From Amoebidium appalachense (taxonomy: Eukaryota; Protista; Ichthyosporea), in NCBI GenBank assembly GCA_963693365.1, contig CAVNZM010000001.1:21026125-21090124 (forward strand): 64,000 nt of DNA. Reading direction: 5' to 3'. The position numbers were made by a program, and so were the translations under genes. The notes under the pieces were generated by a model. The model saw only the letters and a program-made list of their open reading frames with translations. It made no database searches and was not told the origin of the DNA. Shown one piece after another: positions 21,723 through 46,324 of the stretch; the stretch's first letter is position 1, and every line of letters starts with the position of its first letter.

Positions 21723-22126
21723 CAAAGAGAAGTGGGCATGCTGAGGGGAGAGGGGCGGGGAGGGGGGAGGGGGGAGGGGGGGGGGGGTTGAATGCGTCAA
21801 AAAGTACGAAGTACACAAGAACAAACGGATAACACGATGCAGAATGCAAGCCATACATGGGGGGGGGGGGGGGGGGGGGGGGGGGATGGGGGTGAAGGCA
21901 CTGTGTGTGGCGAGCATTGAGCTCTTCCATGCATGTGTGGTGTCTGGATATGTTGTTGGGTGTTGTGCTGATCGTAGGCAATCGAGTGTGCTGCATGTCC
22001 GTGTGTCTCAGGGAAAAGATTGTGTGTCTCAGTGGGGGTGTTTGCATGTGTGTGCGTGGGAATGAGCTTGTGCGTGGATGTGTGCGAGTAAGATTGTGTG
22101 CCTGTTTAGGTGTGTGCCTGTGCCTG

Positions 22127-22158
<32 letters not shown>

Positions 22159-23406
22159 CCTATGTGTGTACCTGTGTGTTCGTGTGCATGCATGCAACAG
22201 TGCCTGCTGTGCCTGTGAGACCGGCTGGATGTCGGTGTGCCTCCACGTGTGCATCCATGTAAGTCTGCATGTGTGCATGTGCGCTCATGCGTGTTCATGC
22301 ATGCATGCCGCCAATGGCATATACCTGTGTGTGCATGTGTGTGAATGCATGTGCCAGTGTGTGGGGCCCTACCTCGACCACATCAGCTATGACCCTAGCC
22401 CAGACGGCATAGTCCGTCTTCACGCTTGTGACCCTGCCCAATGGGAACATGATGCCGGCCTTGAGCATGGCCACGGCCGCCTGGGGGTTTGACCTTCCCA
22501 GCAGGGCCAGTGTGCGGTAGACCAGTGCAGATACCCTGTCATCGACCTTGGCCTCGTGCTCCATGACCTTGACCAGGTAGGCAAACAGTGGCGTCTGCAG
22601 CAGGATGATGCTGTGCGGCAGCTGCTGGAAGGGTGCCCCACACAGCGCCATGGCCAGGCGGCACACAGGCGCCAGTTTGTCGTGGTTCTGGTCCTGTGGC
22701 CTCTCCAATGCAGACACATCTACAAGAGACACAAAGGCTGCAAGGCCGGGGGCCTGCTGCTCCTTCAAGAATGCCTCGAGGAAGGAGGCCTGTGTGTATG
22801 GCTCGGGGTCGAACACGATGGTGCGCGACAGCACACGCGCCGCCTCGCTCTTGCCCTCCCCATCCCCGTGGCCTATGAGGGCCAGGCACATGCTGATGAC
22901 GTCATCGTGGGACCACTTCTGGCCGGCAGCAAACCCGGCCTCGGCCACTGCCCTGTCGTCAGCACCCATGCCCTTCAGCTCGTCGGCATACTCACTGGGC
23001 ACTGGCCGTGGGCCCAGGCCGGCCGCAGGCAGCAGGTCCAGCTCCAGCCTGTCTGTGTCGTCGACCCCCCCACACAGGGCTCCAAAGGCCTTGGCTAGGG
23101 AGAGGCAGTCTGCTAGCTGGGCCTTAGAGGGAGTTCTGCCCCTTGAGGGCACAAACTTGCCCATGGTCTGGGCTGCTGCGGCCATGGCCCCGGCCTTAAC
23201 AAGGGCAACCTTGAGGGCCGGAGACTGCACAAGGAGGGGTAGGGTGCGCAGCAGGAGGCAGCGGAACACAACACCGCCACTGCTGCCCTTCAGTGCACCT
23301 ACAAGCGCATCACACACACCGGCCTGGAGAGGGGAGGGGGAGGGGGGGGGGGGGGAGGGGGGGGAGGGGTTAGGGAAGTGCTGGGGGCACAGCGTGTGGC
23401 ATGTGG

Positions 23407-23447
<41 letters not shown>

Positions 23448-24233
23448 ATGTGGAGGGTGCAGCCTGTGTGTCCGGCCCCCACCCTCCCTTCCCTCCTCCT
23501 CCAACCCCCCCCTCCTCCCCAATCGCTCCCTCATGACGTGGCACAAGCACTCCGGCAGTTTCCTGGCGGAATTTTCACTCGTGTCTCTTGCCTACATCAA
23601 ACCTCTTTTGACTTATTTAGATTGCATAAAACCATCCATCCATAAACTTCCTTTGCCTTATTTAGGCTGCATGCAACCATCATCCACCACACACACCTTA
23701 CGCAGCCTAACCACCCCCCGTGGTGTCTGGGCCACCGCGGCCACGGCTGCAGCCAACTGGTTACGCTGGTCGTCACTACCACTGCTCAGTGACCCAAGCT
23801 TGCTTGAGAGCTCCTGTGGTGAAGGTGTGAGGGGAAAGAAAAGGCGAAGGGGGCTTTTAAAGGGATAAAGTGTGCCAGACAGTCTGGTTGTGTGGTGGGC
23901 TGGTCATAGGTTTATGTGGGGTTAGACAGTGATGTTCAGTGGTGGCCTCGCTAGTCAAGGGTTTATGCGGGGTTAGGCAGTGAGGCTGAGTGATGGGCTA
24001 TGAAATCCAGGGTGTGCCAGACAATGAACAAAATTGAATTCAACAAAATAGAGAACAGATCTCAGGCCAACGTCTTCACACTCAGCACTCTGAGGGATGT
24101 AACGCACCGCCACCGCTGCGGCCTCATCTGCGCCGTCGTGTGCGGGCAGCAGGGTCTTTGCATGTTTGCTCTGCTCCGCCCACAGCTTCTCCTCTGCAGA
24201 CACTGCCGCAGCAGAACTCTTCTTGGGCGGCAT
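19093..24233 (-). CDS. Uncharacterised multi-exon ARM/HEAT-like helical protein with a His/Asp-rich repeat and a C-terminal TM segment
   Basis: ATG 24233 MPPKKSS...; large exon ~23324-22371 with ARM-like helices (ALVKAGAMAAAA, AMLKAGIMFPL); exon ~20092-19868 with (DHGHSHDG)n; last exon ends ALATMAVGAVMLGLTYYFQHLHA*. The ARM assignment is inference. Confidence 0.65.
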
Positions 24234-25644
24234 GCTGCTGTGTTGGCTGCTGAAGCCGTGCGTGTGACAGAGAGAAACAGTCGCTGACCTCAGAAAAAAA
24301 CCCGTTTGGTTGTCACACAAACCACAAAACACCGTCCGCTATATGTGAGCTGAGTGAGGCCCTTGTTTGCTGGGTGCTTGATGCCTGGTAACCAGACAGA
24401 TCCAGGCAAGCCTAAACACATCACGCAGATCACGTCAAATTTAGCCAGTTTCATGGCAATCGCTACAAAAGCCCTCAATGAAGTCCAATTTGATTGAGAT
24501 CAACGATCGTAAATTGCTAACGCTTTATGCGCTAGGCCGGCTACTGCCCACTTGATTCGAGCATTTATGCTCAGGTATGTAAACAAAAGCCTCCTGGGCC
24601 TGCATGACAATTTCAGAGCATGGGCACATGAAAATGAAATTTAAAGTTTGCAAAGAGTCTGCACAGTATTGAGGGCTCATTTTGAGCAGCAAAACTAGGT
24701 ACGTGAGGGAGAGAGTATAAGATCTCAAAAATGCACGAGAGATCCAACGTGTAACACAGAGCAGGTGGGGATGGGGGCCACCAACTGCATGTGCAAGGGA
24801 TCTCAGCATCTCCCATTGAAAGAATCCGCCAAGATCATGTTCATGACCGCACTAGTACTTGCTCAATACCCAGCTGGATTTGGTAGTGTGAACCCTTATG
24901 GCACGTGTATAGCATGTTCCTTCTTGGCACCTGGCAGCATTGCAACGTTAACCTGGCGCTTGGTGTGTGACGGCCAATTAGTGCGCACAGCCAGATGAGG
25001 CCGATGTGCATCAGGACTTATGGGAATTCAATAAGGTTATGCTAGCTGCCAACTGTGGGTGGGTACCAACCAAAAGGGACGCTCACAACTCCGTTAGCCC
25101 TTGCATACAGACTGTGCCCTTTATTCAAAGCTTGTGGTGGGACGTGCATCCAGCGCTTTGGGTCCATCATACAAGCGTATTACTAATTGCCATGTACTGT
25201 TGGGTTCAAAACTCTTTTCATCTGCCCAATCAGGAAAGGGTCATGTTCTGGTCAGTGCTCCGTACATTTAGGTTGGGCGTTAAAAAGGCGGCGGCATAAA
25301 TAAAACACGGCGCTTTCTTACGTTATATCCGACACACGGTGTCCCTAACAAAAGGATCCGGAAGAATTCGACGATGCTACAAAATATAAAATTTTGTGTT
25401 TCTGGAAGGCCCCCAGCACTGATAGCACTTACCAGCTTGGCCTGTTTCACCACACGTGTGGCCCTTTCACGGTTCATTCATGCAGCAATCAGCCACCTAC
25501 TATGATTTATAATGCTAATTGTTGGCAACCTGCTCGATCCCCCCCCCCCCCCCCAAACCAACCAAAACAAAAAAGAAAAAAAAAAAAAAAAAAAAAAGAG
25601 GAAGAAAGAAGAAGGGGAAAAAAAGAAAAGAAAGGAAAGTTCTC

Positions 25645-25675
<31 letters not shown>

Positions 25676-25801
25676 ATTTGCCCATTCTTGCATATACACT
25701 CTCTCCTGCCCCGTCCCCTCCACCCGTTCTTCGTCATGTGCTCAGCATTGCCGGTGTTGCCTGCTGGGTCGATTGTGTCTGCCAGCCCCAGTTGCTGCAA
25801 T

Positions 25802-38880
<13,079 letters not shown>

Positions 38881-40627
38881 TGCCCTGTCGGGCTGCTTTC
38901 AGTGGAAAACTCAGGCAGGTCCGTGAACTTCTGAAGGCCGGCCAGCGGGATGTTCGCGCCAAAATGTAGGCCGGCAACATTTGATTGGCTAGCTTGAAGT
39001 ACTCCCGAGGTTTTGATATGTTCGTTCAACTTCGGGCGCCAAGTTTGTATAGTCACTCTTGAGTGCTGTCTTCCCTGCGGCCTTTTTTTTTTTCTTTTCT
39101 TTTTTTTTTTTTTTTTTTTCTGTCGCCGCCGTGGCGTAGTAGTGCCCGGCCACTTACGTAAGCCAGTGGGTACATATCCTTGGAGACTAGCTAAGTTACG
39201 CCGTCGCCGCTGCCGCGACGCTGGCAGTGCGACCTGCCTCTACTTGTTTGCCTTGTGCCTGCGTAGCCACCACGGTTGTTATCTGCATGCTGCTGACATA
39301 CGGTGCCGTCCAACCAATTGCCTGTGGCCGGCAGCTGACATACGGTGCCGTTCAACCAATTGCCTGTGGCCGGCAGCAAACCAGATGCACAGCCACAACT
39401 GGTCAGTACGTCAGCACGTACAAGCCCTCGGTTTATGCTATGTTTCAGCTGGAACCAACGACGGACACTCTAGTTTACAAAGTCTTGGTTGTCGTGCTTA
39501 CTAAGGCTTGTTGGCCCAGAGGGGGTGGGTAGGGGTGCGGGGGGAGGGGGGGGCGAGGGGCTGGGGAAACAGAAGGGCCGGAGGGGAGGGAGGGGAAGAA
39601 GGGCAGTCTAATAAAAGGCGCCATTCGTTGGATGCTGGGTCAAGCTTAAGCCAGTGTGTGTCAGTCAGTCACCTCACCGTAAGTGCGTGTGAGATGGTTG
39701 TCTGTTTACGTGTGTCATCCTGAAGTAATAGAGTAATAGGATTGTTCTTGGACGTGTGTGCGTGTAGTGTGTGTATGCGTGCGCGTGCGAGCGTGTGTGC
39801 GTGCGTGCGTGCATGTGTGCGTGCGTGCTTGGGTAGGGGTGGGTTGTTTGTGCCAAGGTGTGCGTGTGTGTATCATTGTGTGTATACGTACTGTGACGTA
39901 TGCAGGCAGATGTTTGTGTGTGGATGTGCTAACTTTTGTATTTGTGCGTGTGGTTTTATTACTAGCTATGTTTTTTCGGCCGTGCCTTGCGTTGGGGCGT
40001 CCGGGAATGCCTTAATCAGTGACATGCATGTGACCTGGTAACGATTATGTAGGGTTAGGTTAAATAACGGCGTTTTGACTGATAAACGTGACTAATATAT
40101 TTAGAGACTGCTTCGTGGCGTTGTCCCTGTTTCTAAACTTGAGTTTCTAAAAAATGCTATATTGTGGGGTGTCACGTGTGCCGCACGGTGTGTGTAGCTA
40201 CTATCCTTAGCTTGCTAGAACCGTGACGGGGCGTAGTCATATTGGGTAGCTCCCATCTTGCCTCCAGGCCCTCGGAGGATGCCTGGCAGGTCTCTGAGAC
40301 CTTGTGGCGCCTGCACGGTCAACGGTGGGAGGCCGCTTCGAAGCTTCTGGGAGCTCAGTTCGTGGGGCGGTGACTACATGCGCAGTGCGTACGTACGGTG
40401 GGCCAACGGTGCGCGCCTGGCCACACGTGACACGAGTCACGACCCCAGCTGGTAACAGGGATGCGAGGGACAAGCGAGGCCCTGGAATGGAGGCTTGAAT
40501 GTCCCTAATAATAAGGTCTACCCTGCTACCACACCAGTTACCGGTTCCTTAGCAGGGGCGAAAGCACAGAAGAGCACACCCCTTGAGAAACGGGCGCAGG
40601 CACAGCTAGCATGAATTCGCTTACTCA

Positions 40628-40659
40628 GGCAGCACCTCAGTGATACGGTGTTCCCGCAT

Positions 40660-40721
<62 letters not shown>

Positions 40722-40748
40722 GGAACACCATATCACCAAGGTACTGCC
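40628..40748. mobile_element. 121-bp MITE-like element with a poly-C core
   Basis: 29-bp imperfect TIRs (ggcagcacctcagtgatacggtgttcccg / cgggaacaccatatcaccaaggtactgcc, 25/29 match) flanked by the direct repeat CTTACTCA (40620-27, 40749-56). Confidence 0.8.
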
Positions 40749-40796
40749 CTTACTCAGCTATACCGATCAGAATATGTTTATTCAAGAAATCAAGAT

Positions 40797-41333
40797 GGGG
40801 GTTTACACACTTTTTATTGCGTGGACATTACCGGAGGCCCAGCCACATTCGACGGCCTACTGCGTTTTCCAGCACAGCCAATCAAATGCAGCCAGTGACA
40901 TATGTACATGCTAGGCAACAATGAGCGCCATCGTAGTATCTGACACCCCTATTACATATTATGGGTAAGCAGATGCTAGCATCGGTAGCTCCGAAAGAAA
41001 GTTAAGGCACCGGATCACAATATCATACTGTGCAGCATTAATAAGGTGATCTAGGATAGTCATCTTAAAACGGATATATTGAGGAAGAGAGGAAGAAAAG
41101 AGAATAAAACCGCCAATAACCTCCGGTTCTAATACATTAGCTAACAGGTTGCATTTATTGATAGATATGCAGCCGCGAGTAAACCGCCCCCCACACATAT
41201 TACACATACGAGCAGGAGACACCAGAAACCGATTACACCGCCAAGCCATAATCATCTTTGCGTTTTTACACCACACCACATTACGAATAAACGAATCTAT
41301 GTATGAACGAGACTCTCTAACCGTATCCGCCAT
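40797..41333 (-). mobile_element. 5'-truncated copy (537 bp) of LINE-A, inverted relative to the full-length copy
   Basis: Reverse complement of 47197-47733 with two mismatches noticed; flanked by direct repeat ATCAAGAT (40789-96, 41332-39), overlapping the 5' junction by 2 nt. Confidence 0.93.
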
Positions 41334-42137
41334 CAAGATAATGATCTGATTGGTGTTGCCTTGAAGTTTGGCGCTGGAGTTTCGGGTCGGATTGGTTCCA
41401 CTTAGTAGGAAACGTTTTCCTTCCGGCAGAAAGTTTTGCAAATCGCAGATTTTTGTTTTAATACATAATATGAGTAAATCGGCAGAAAACTTGTTCACTC
41501 TCTAAACCCGCGTGTACAGGGGTGCTACACTAATAGCGCGAAGATCGATTCGCAAAGACTTAGACGGATTCAGTCGGATGCGCCTCTCTACAAAATTTCA
41601 ACATTCCAAAGGCTCAATGCATTATTTGCCCGACCCGAAACTAGCGATCGGAAGAAAATTACGTAATCCTGCCCAAACCAATCAGGAAGCAAGACGTCAT
41701 AAAATAGACAAATTTGGCTACTTTTTAATTTCTATTACTAAGTTACAATCGGGTCACACCAATCAGAATCGGCGTACAGCCATGATGAAAGGCTGCATGC
41801 GAGGCTAGGCTGCAAGCGTGAAGTACCTCCGCACTCGCGAACAAAAAGCCACGTTACTGCTACTATGTATTGATACACACGTTTTTTTCTTTCACACGTT
41901 TTTTTCTTTCTCACACGTTTTTTTCTTTCACACGTTTTTTTCTTTCACACGTTTTTTTCTTTCACACGTTTTTTTCTTTCACACGTTTTTTTCTTTCACA
42001 CGTTTTTTTAGTTTTTTTCTTTCACACGTTGTTTTTTTTTCTTTTTTTTCTTTCTTTACTTTCTCTACTTAGGCATCGGCCTTTACTTAGGCATCCACCT
42101 CTACTTAGGCCCCTTGAGGGGCAGCTAGAACCCACCC

Positions 42138-43286
42138 ATGGCGTCTCAGGATGCATCCTTGTCCCCGGACCCTCCTGGGACACCGCCTGGGAGCCGCAAA
42201 CGTGATACACGGGAAGGAGAATCCCCAGATAAGAGGCTAACTAAACTGAGCCGAGCGGAACAGGTTCCCTTTCCCGAGGTTAAAGCGCCACCGGCCGTGC
42301 CGCCAGCAAGTAGTTTTATTACGAAAGAACAACTGCACTTGATACCCGAGAAGGCTAGGAAATCCGTGCTCAAACTTATGGCGCATCATGAGCAGCTCCG
42401 CACCCAAGTCTCCGACTTAACAACCCAAGTAGCTGAGTATAAAGCCAAACAGGACCACACAGACCTCCTTGTTCAGCAAATGGAGACGCGCTTACGGCAG
42501 CTGGAAGCTGACCGGGCAACCCCCACCGGCCCTGCCCACGCGGGCCCGGCCCCTGCAGCACAGGCAACCCCCGATGGGTTACCCACCCCCCCGGGGTCTC
42601 CCAAGTTCATACCCACAACGAATCCTAAGGTGTACCGCACTACGGTGGACGCCAAGACCGTGTACGTGTCCGAGAAAGTCAAAACGTATGCCGAGTCGGT
42701 GGCCCAGACCCACGGGGCTACCCAGGCTTTGGCAGCCCTTGCCGCAGCGTCAGCACTGCGGGTCCCAACCCGCCGCCCTCGGGTGGCGTCTGACCCTGCC
42801 CCTCAGGGTACCGACGAGTCCGAGTTGACCACTGCAGCCTTCACCATGGTGCCGGCCAACATCAGCACCATGCGTGACCGTCTTTACACCCTCGGTGTCC
42901 TCAACCGAATGATTCCTGACATGCTCTTCATTGGCCGTCGCTACACAGTGTTCCTTGTGCGTGCCGGCTACCGTGATACCCTCATAAACATCATCCAACG
43001 TGCTACCGACGCCACCTTTCTCGCAGACTTCGATCCTACGGCTCCCTACAACACCACACTTAACCGTGTTGATGCAGAGGCCGCTGCCCGGGCCTCTTGG
43101 CAACGCCGGGTGCTTGCAAGAATGGCCAACGCCCACGCATGGGCTGTCAAGGCAGCCACACTTTACCCGGCACACGACAGCCGGGCCAAAACAGCAGCTG
43201 AGGTGCGTGCCTACTGGGAGGCTCAGCACGTGCTGGTCTTCAGCAAGCCCTACGACCCCACCGCCGCACCAGCCAACTCCCAGTAA
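42138..43286 (+). CDS. LINE-A ORF1 protein (382 aa, coiled-coil, putative RNA chaperone)
   Basis: Intact ORF ending 2 nt before the ORF2 ATG; heptad-like stretch HEQLRTQVSDLTTQVAEYK...VQQMETRLRQLE. Confidence 0.85.
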   Translation: MASQDASLSPDPPGTPPGSRKRDTREGESPDKRLTKLSRAEQVPFPEVKAPPAVPPASSFITKEQLHLIPEKARKSVLKLMAHHEQLRTQVSDLTTQVAEYKAKQDHTDLLVQQMETRLRQLEADRATPTGPAHAGPAPAAQATPDGLPTPPGSPKFIPTTNPKVYRTTVDAKTVYVSEKVKTYAESVAQTHGATQALAALAAASALRVPTRRPRVASDPAPQGTDESELTTAAFTMVPANISTMRDRLYTLGVLNRMIPDMLFIGRRYTVFLVRAGYRDTLINIIQRATDATFLADFDPTAPYNTTLNRVDAEAAARASWQRRVLARMANAHAWAVKAATLYPAHDSRAKTAAEVRAYWEAQHVLVFSKPYDPTAAPANSQ

Positions 43287-44659
43287 GCATGCTCTCCTTT
43301 CTTTTCTGGAATGCTCGTAGTCTAAATAAGAGTAAAGCACAGTTTCTTCTTTCGTTACCCCAACAGGAGTTCCCGTTTATTGTTGTCGCAGAAACGTGGT
43401 GGCGAGACCACGCCACACTCCGTCGGTCTGGACGGCTCGTGGGCGAGTCTACTCAGCCTGTGGGCCACAAGCCTCACTCCGGCATAGTGTTCATCGCCGC
43501 CTACCACTTTGTTAACCACTGTTCAGTTATAGCACGTACAATACACACACTCACCATCTCAGTTTGTGGCCATAATTTATATGCACTTTTGTTTATTTTC
43601 CACCTAGCCTTCCACTTCTAGCACTTAAACACGAACTTAACACCATCGCCCCACATAACCCCACACTAGTGTTAGGAGACTTTAATAGCCCGCTAACTAC
43701 CACCCCACACCCCCTACACGGCCACCCACAGGCCCTACTTAAACCCAACCACCCACGCACGCCAACCTTTCACACTTTTGTTACAGCCTTACGCCTTACT
43801 CTTCCATCTGTAGTACAAGAACACCGCACGGACTGGGGGGCAGCCTCTGCAGTGGTCCTTGCACCTTACACATACACCACAACCTACACCCCCCACCGTC
43901 AGACCACCTACCTATAGTCTTTCGCACTACACTTAGCCTTTCTACGCCGTCACCACAACACACTTACAGACTTAACGTACGCGAACTTAGTAAAAGCCAG
44001 CGCGGCCAACCAGACACTCGCTTCTTTTTCGAGACGGTGCAACCGAGTCTATTATCGCTTGTGCGTGATGGACGCCAAACCCCACTACGCACCGACCAGA
44101 CCTTCATCGATAGCGTCCGGTCTACAGTACGAGAAACCTTGTGGGACATAGGTGAATATGCCTGTTTAGGTGCCCAAGTTTACCCACAAGCACGAACTAC
44201 ACACACTCGCGGCCCTCGAGCGAAGGCTGCCTTACGTAAGCCTCTACCGTATCACATGCTATTGGGTAATATTCGGAAGGTTGATCGCGGCGATCATTCG
44301 ATTCGAATAACGGCCGACCCGTCATCCGACCCGGAATCTGCAACCGATTCCTTTTACGGCACCCTGTTTAAACGTAACCCGACATGTATGGCCACGGACC
44401 TGGGGCAGGCGCCCCCTCCTGTTTTTGTTCCACCCTCCGACACACCACCACCACCACACACGGCGTGGCCAGCGGGGCCGGCTGAGTTTGGGGCGGAATT
44501 GGGGGAACTTTTTACCCCAGATGCGGTATGGCAGTTAGTCTCCCGTTACCCGTCCCGCAAAGCGTGCGGGCCGGACGGCATCCCTATGGCACTACTTAAG
44601 GTACTCATCCCACCCCGACCCGAGAAAGACGAAAAGCGTGGCCCGCCGCCACCACTTAC

Positions 44660-44947
44660 TGTTGGAAGATGGTATCGTTATCCAGTCCGATCGCATGAAT
44701 CAGATCATGATCGGCTGGTGGCCTGCGAGATCTTAACCGATCTCGTAGCTCAGTTGGTAGAGCACTCAACCGGAGATAGAGGGGTCGCGGGTTCAAATCC
44801 CGTCGGGATCATTTTTTCTCATCCTCTTCTCGCTGGGGTAAAAGCCAGCACGCCTTTACTGGCGTCATCACAACCATCGGCAGTGGTTAGGTTGTGATCT
44901 CAAGGCTAGCAAGATCGCTAGTCTCTGCACCAGGACAAAATCCAAAA
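44660..44947. mobile_element. 288-bp solo LTR-like insertion carrying a tRNA-like gene
   Basis: Termini TGTTGGA...TCCAAAA (one mismatch from TCCAACA); 5-bp TSD CTTAC (44655-59, 44948-52); excision restores the ORF2 frame. Confidence 0.85.
44739..44811 (+). tRNA. tRNA-like (pseudo-tRNA) Pol III unit, nominal anticodon GGA, body resembling tRNA-Phe
   Basis: Cloverleaf: acceptor GATCTCG/CGGGATC+A, D arm GCTC-AGTTGGTA-GAGC (A box), anticodon arm CTCAA-CCGGAGA-TAGAG (one mismatch, C33), 5-nt variable loop, T arm GCGGG-TTCAAAT-CCCGT (B box), then T6 at 44812-17. Confidence 0.85.
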
Positions 44948-45559
44948 CTTACATGTATTCTTAGCGAGTTGTTTAGCTGGTATTCTGATGTCGGTAAAGT
45001 GCCCTCGGAGTGGCTAGCCACCTTAGTGTTTGTCATCAAGAAAACGGTTGCACAGGGTCCCATCCACGAATTTCGCCCTATCACCCTTACGTCCGTTTTT
45101 CGCCGATTATTCGAAAGTGGCCTTTTACAGGCCTTTTCCCGTAACCCCACCCTTAAGCAGGCTTCCCAGCTGAGCCCTCTTCAGGCGGCGTTTCGGCATC
45201 GACACTCATGTTACGCACAAATCCTCACTCTACATAATGCAACTCAAAGTGATACCGAGCACCTCGTATTTATCGATTTTAAGAACGCGTACGACACGGT
45301 CGACCTCCCTCGCCTGTGGGCCAAGTTGGCCACTCGCGGTGTCCCATTCCAAATGGGTCGGCTACTGGAAGCTATGTTTACGTTTACACGCGGACGAGCG
45401 GTGGTTAATGGGCGGCTATCCCCAGGGTTTACCCGCACGCGCGGGGTACTTCAAGGGTCCCTGCTAAGTCCTCTTCTTTTCAACCTGTATATTGATGATT
45501 TAGCCGACACTCTTTCTGCGGCACAAATTGACGGGGGGTTGCCATCCCAGGCTCCCCCC

Positions 45560-46324
45560 TGTTGGAGTACACTGGTACTCCCGGCTAGCAATGTCTGTTA
45601 GAGAAAGTTTCTGAGCAATTGAATAACTGTTTCAACACTCACTCGAGTGCATAGAGCTTTTGTTTACGGTCATATTCATATATGGTAGTTATATGTTTGA
45701 GCCAAAACTGTACCAATGACGAGCTTCACTAGCAACGTGCTAATTGTGCTCATTAATTAATATTCCCGGTTCAGATGATGTCATGTCTATATTTGCCACA
45801 GGATTCTATTCTTAGAGTGGTAGTGTGCTTTATTCCCGGATATTCTCAGAATATTTTTAGTTGTGTGAAGCAAGATTTACGTTTAACTGCAATTGGTGTG
45901 TTAAACACGTTTATTTGTGTGCTTTAGTGCAAGTTAACTAGCCACTCAACGTGCACAGTTAACTTTTATATCTTTAACGACTTGTTTTCATTGTGCTCTC
46001 TTTTCGGCCATGCTGTACATGGCCCACCACCAGGGTGCACACGAGGCCACCATGAGGTGGCCAACGACTATATAAAGCAGTGCCTCCCATGTCACAAACA
46101 TGGGAAGCAGAACGTTTGATTTACACTTTTCTACTGTCGTTTCCAGTGCACAAAACACATAGACTAGTTACCCATCATACACGACACTATGTCTGACAAC
46201 TTACAGTTGCAGCAACTAGTCCAACTACTGGAGCAGAGGTTGGCCTCACAAGATGCAATCATTTCTGACTTACAGAAGGAACAACGTGCACTAGAACTAG
46301 CTTCTATGAACACAATGTCCAACA
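45560..46324 (+). mobile_element. 765-bp solo LTR inserted just upstream of the RT FADD motif
   Basis: Perfect TGTTGGA...TCCAACA termini; 5-bp TSD CCCCC (45555-59, 46325-29); AT-rich body, TATATAAA at 46069-76, ATG at 46189. Confidence 0.9.

Noticed and set aside
40959-41498. 179-aa minus-strand ORF as a gene
   Set aside because: Chance read-in from flanking DNA into the truncated LINE tail.
44739-44811. Functional tRNA-Ser(GGA)
   Set aside because: No long variable arm, discriminator A, C33 and an anticodon-stem mismatch; located within a TE.
44660-46324. The two inserts as spliceable introns that would restore ORF2
   Set aside because: A GT follows the first T, but there is no AG at the positions needed for precise removal, and upstream frameshifts remain.
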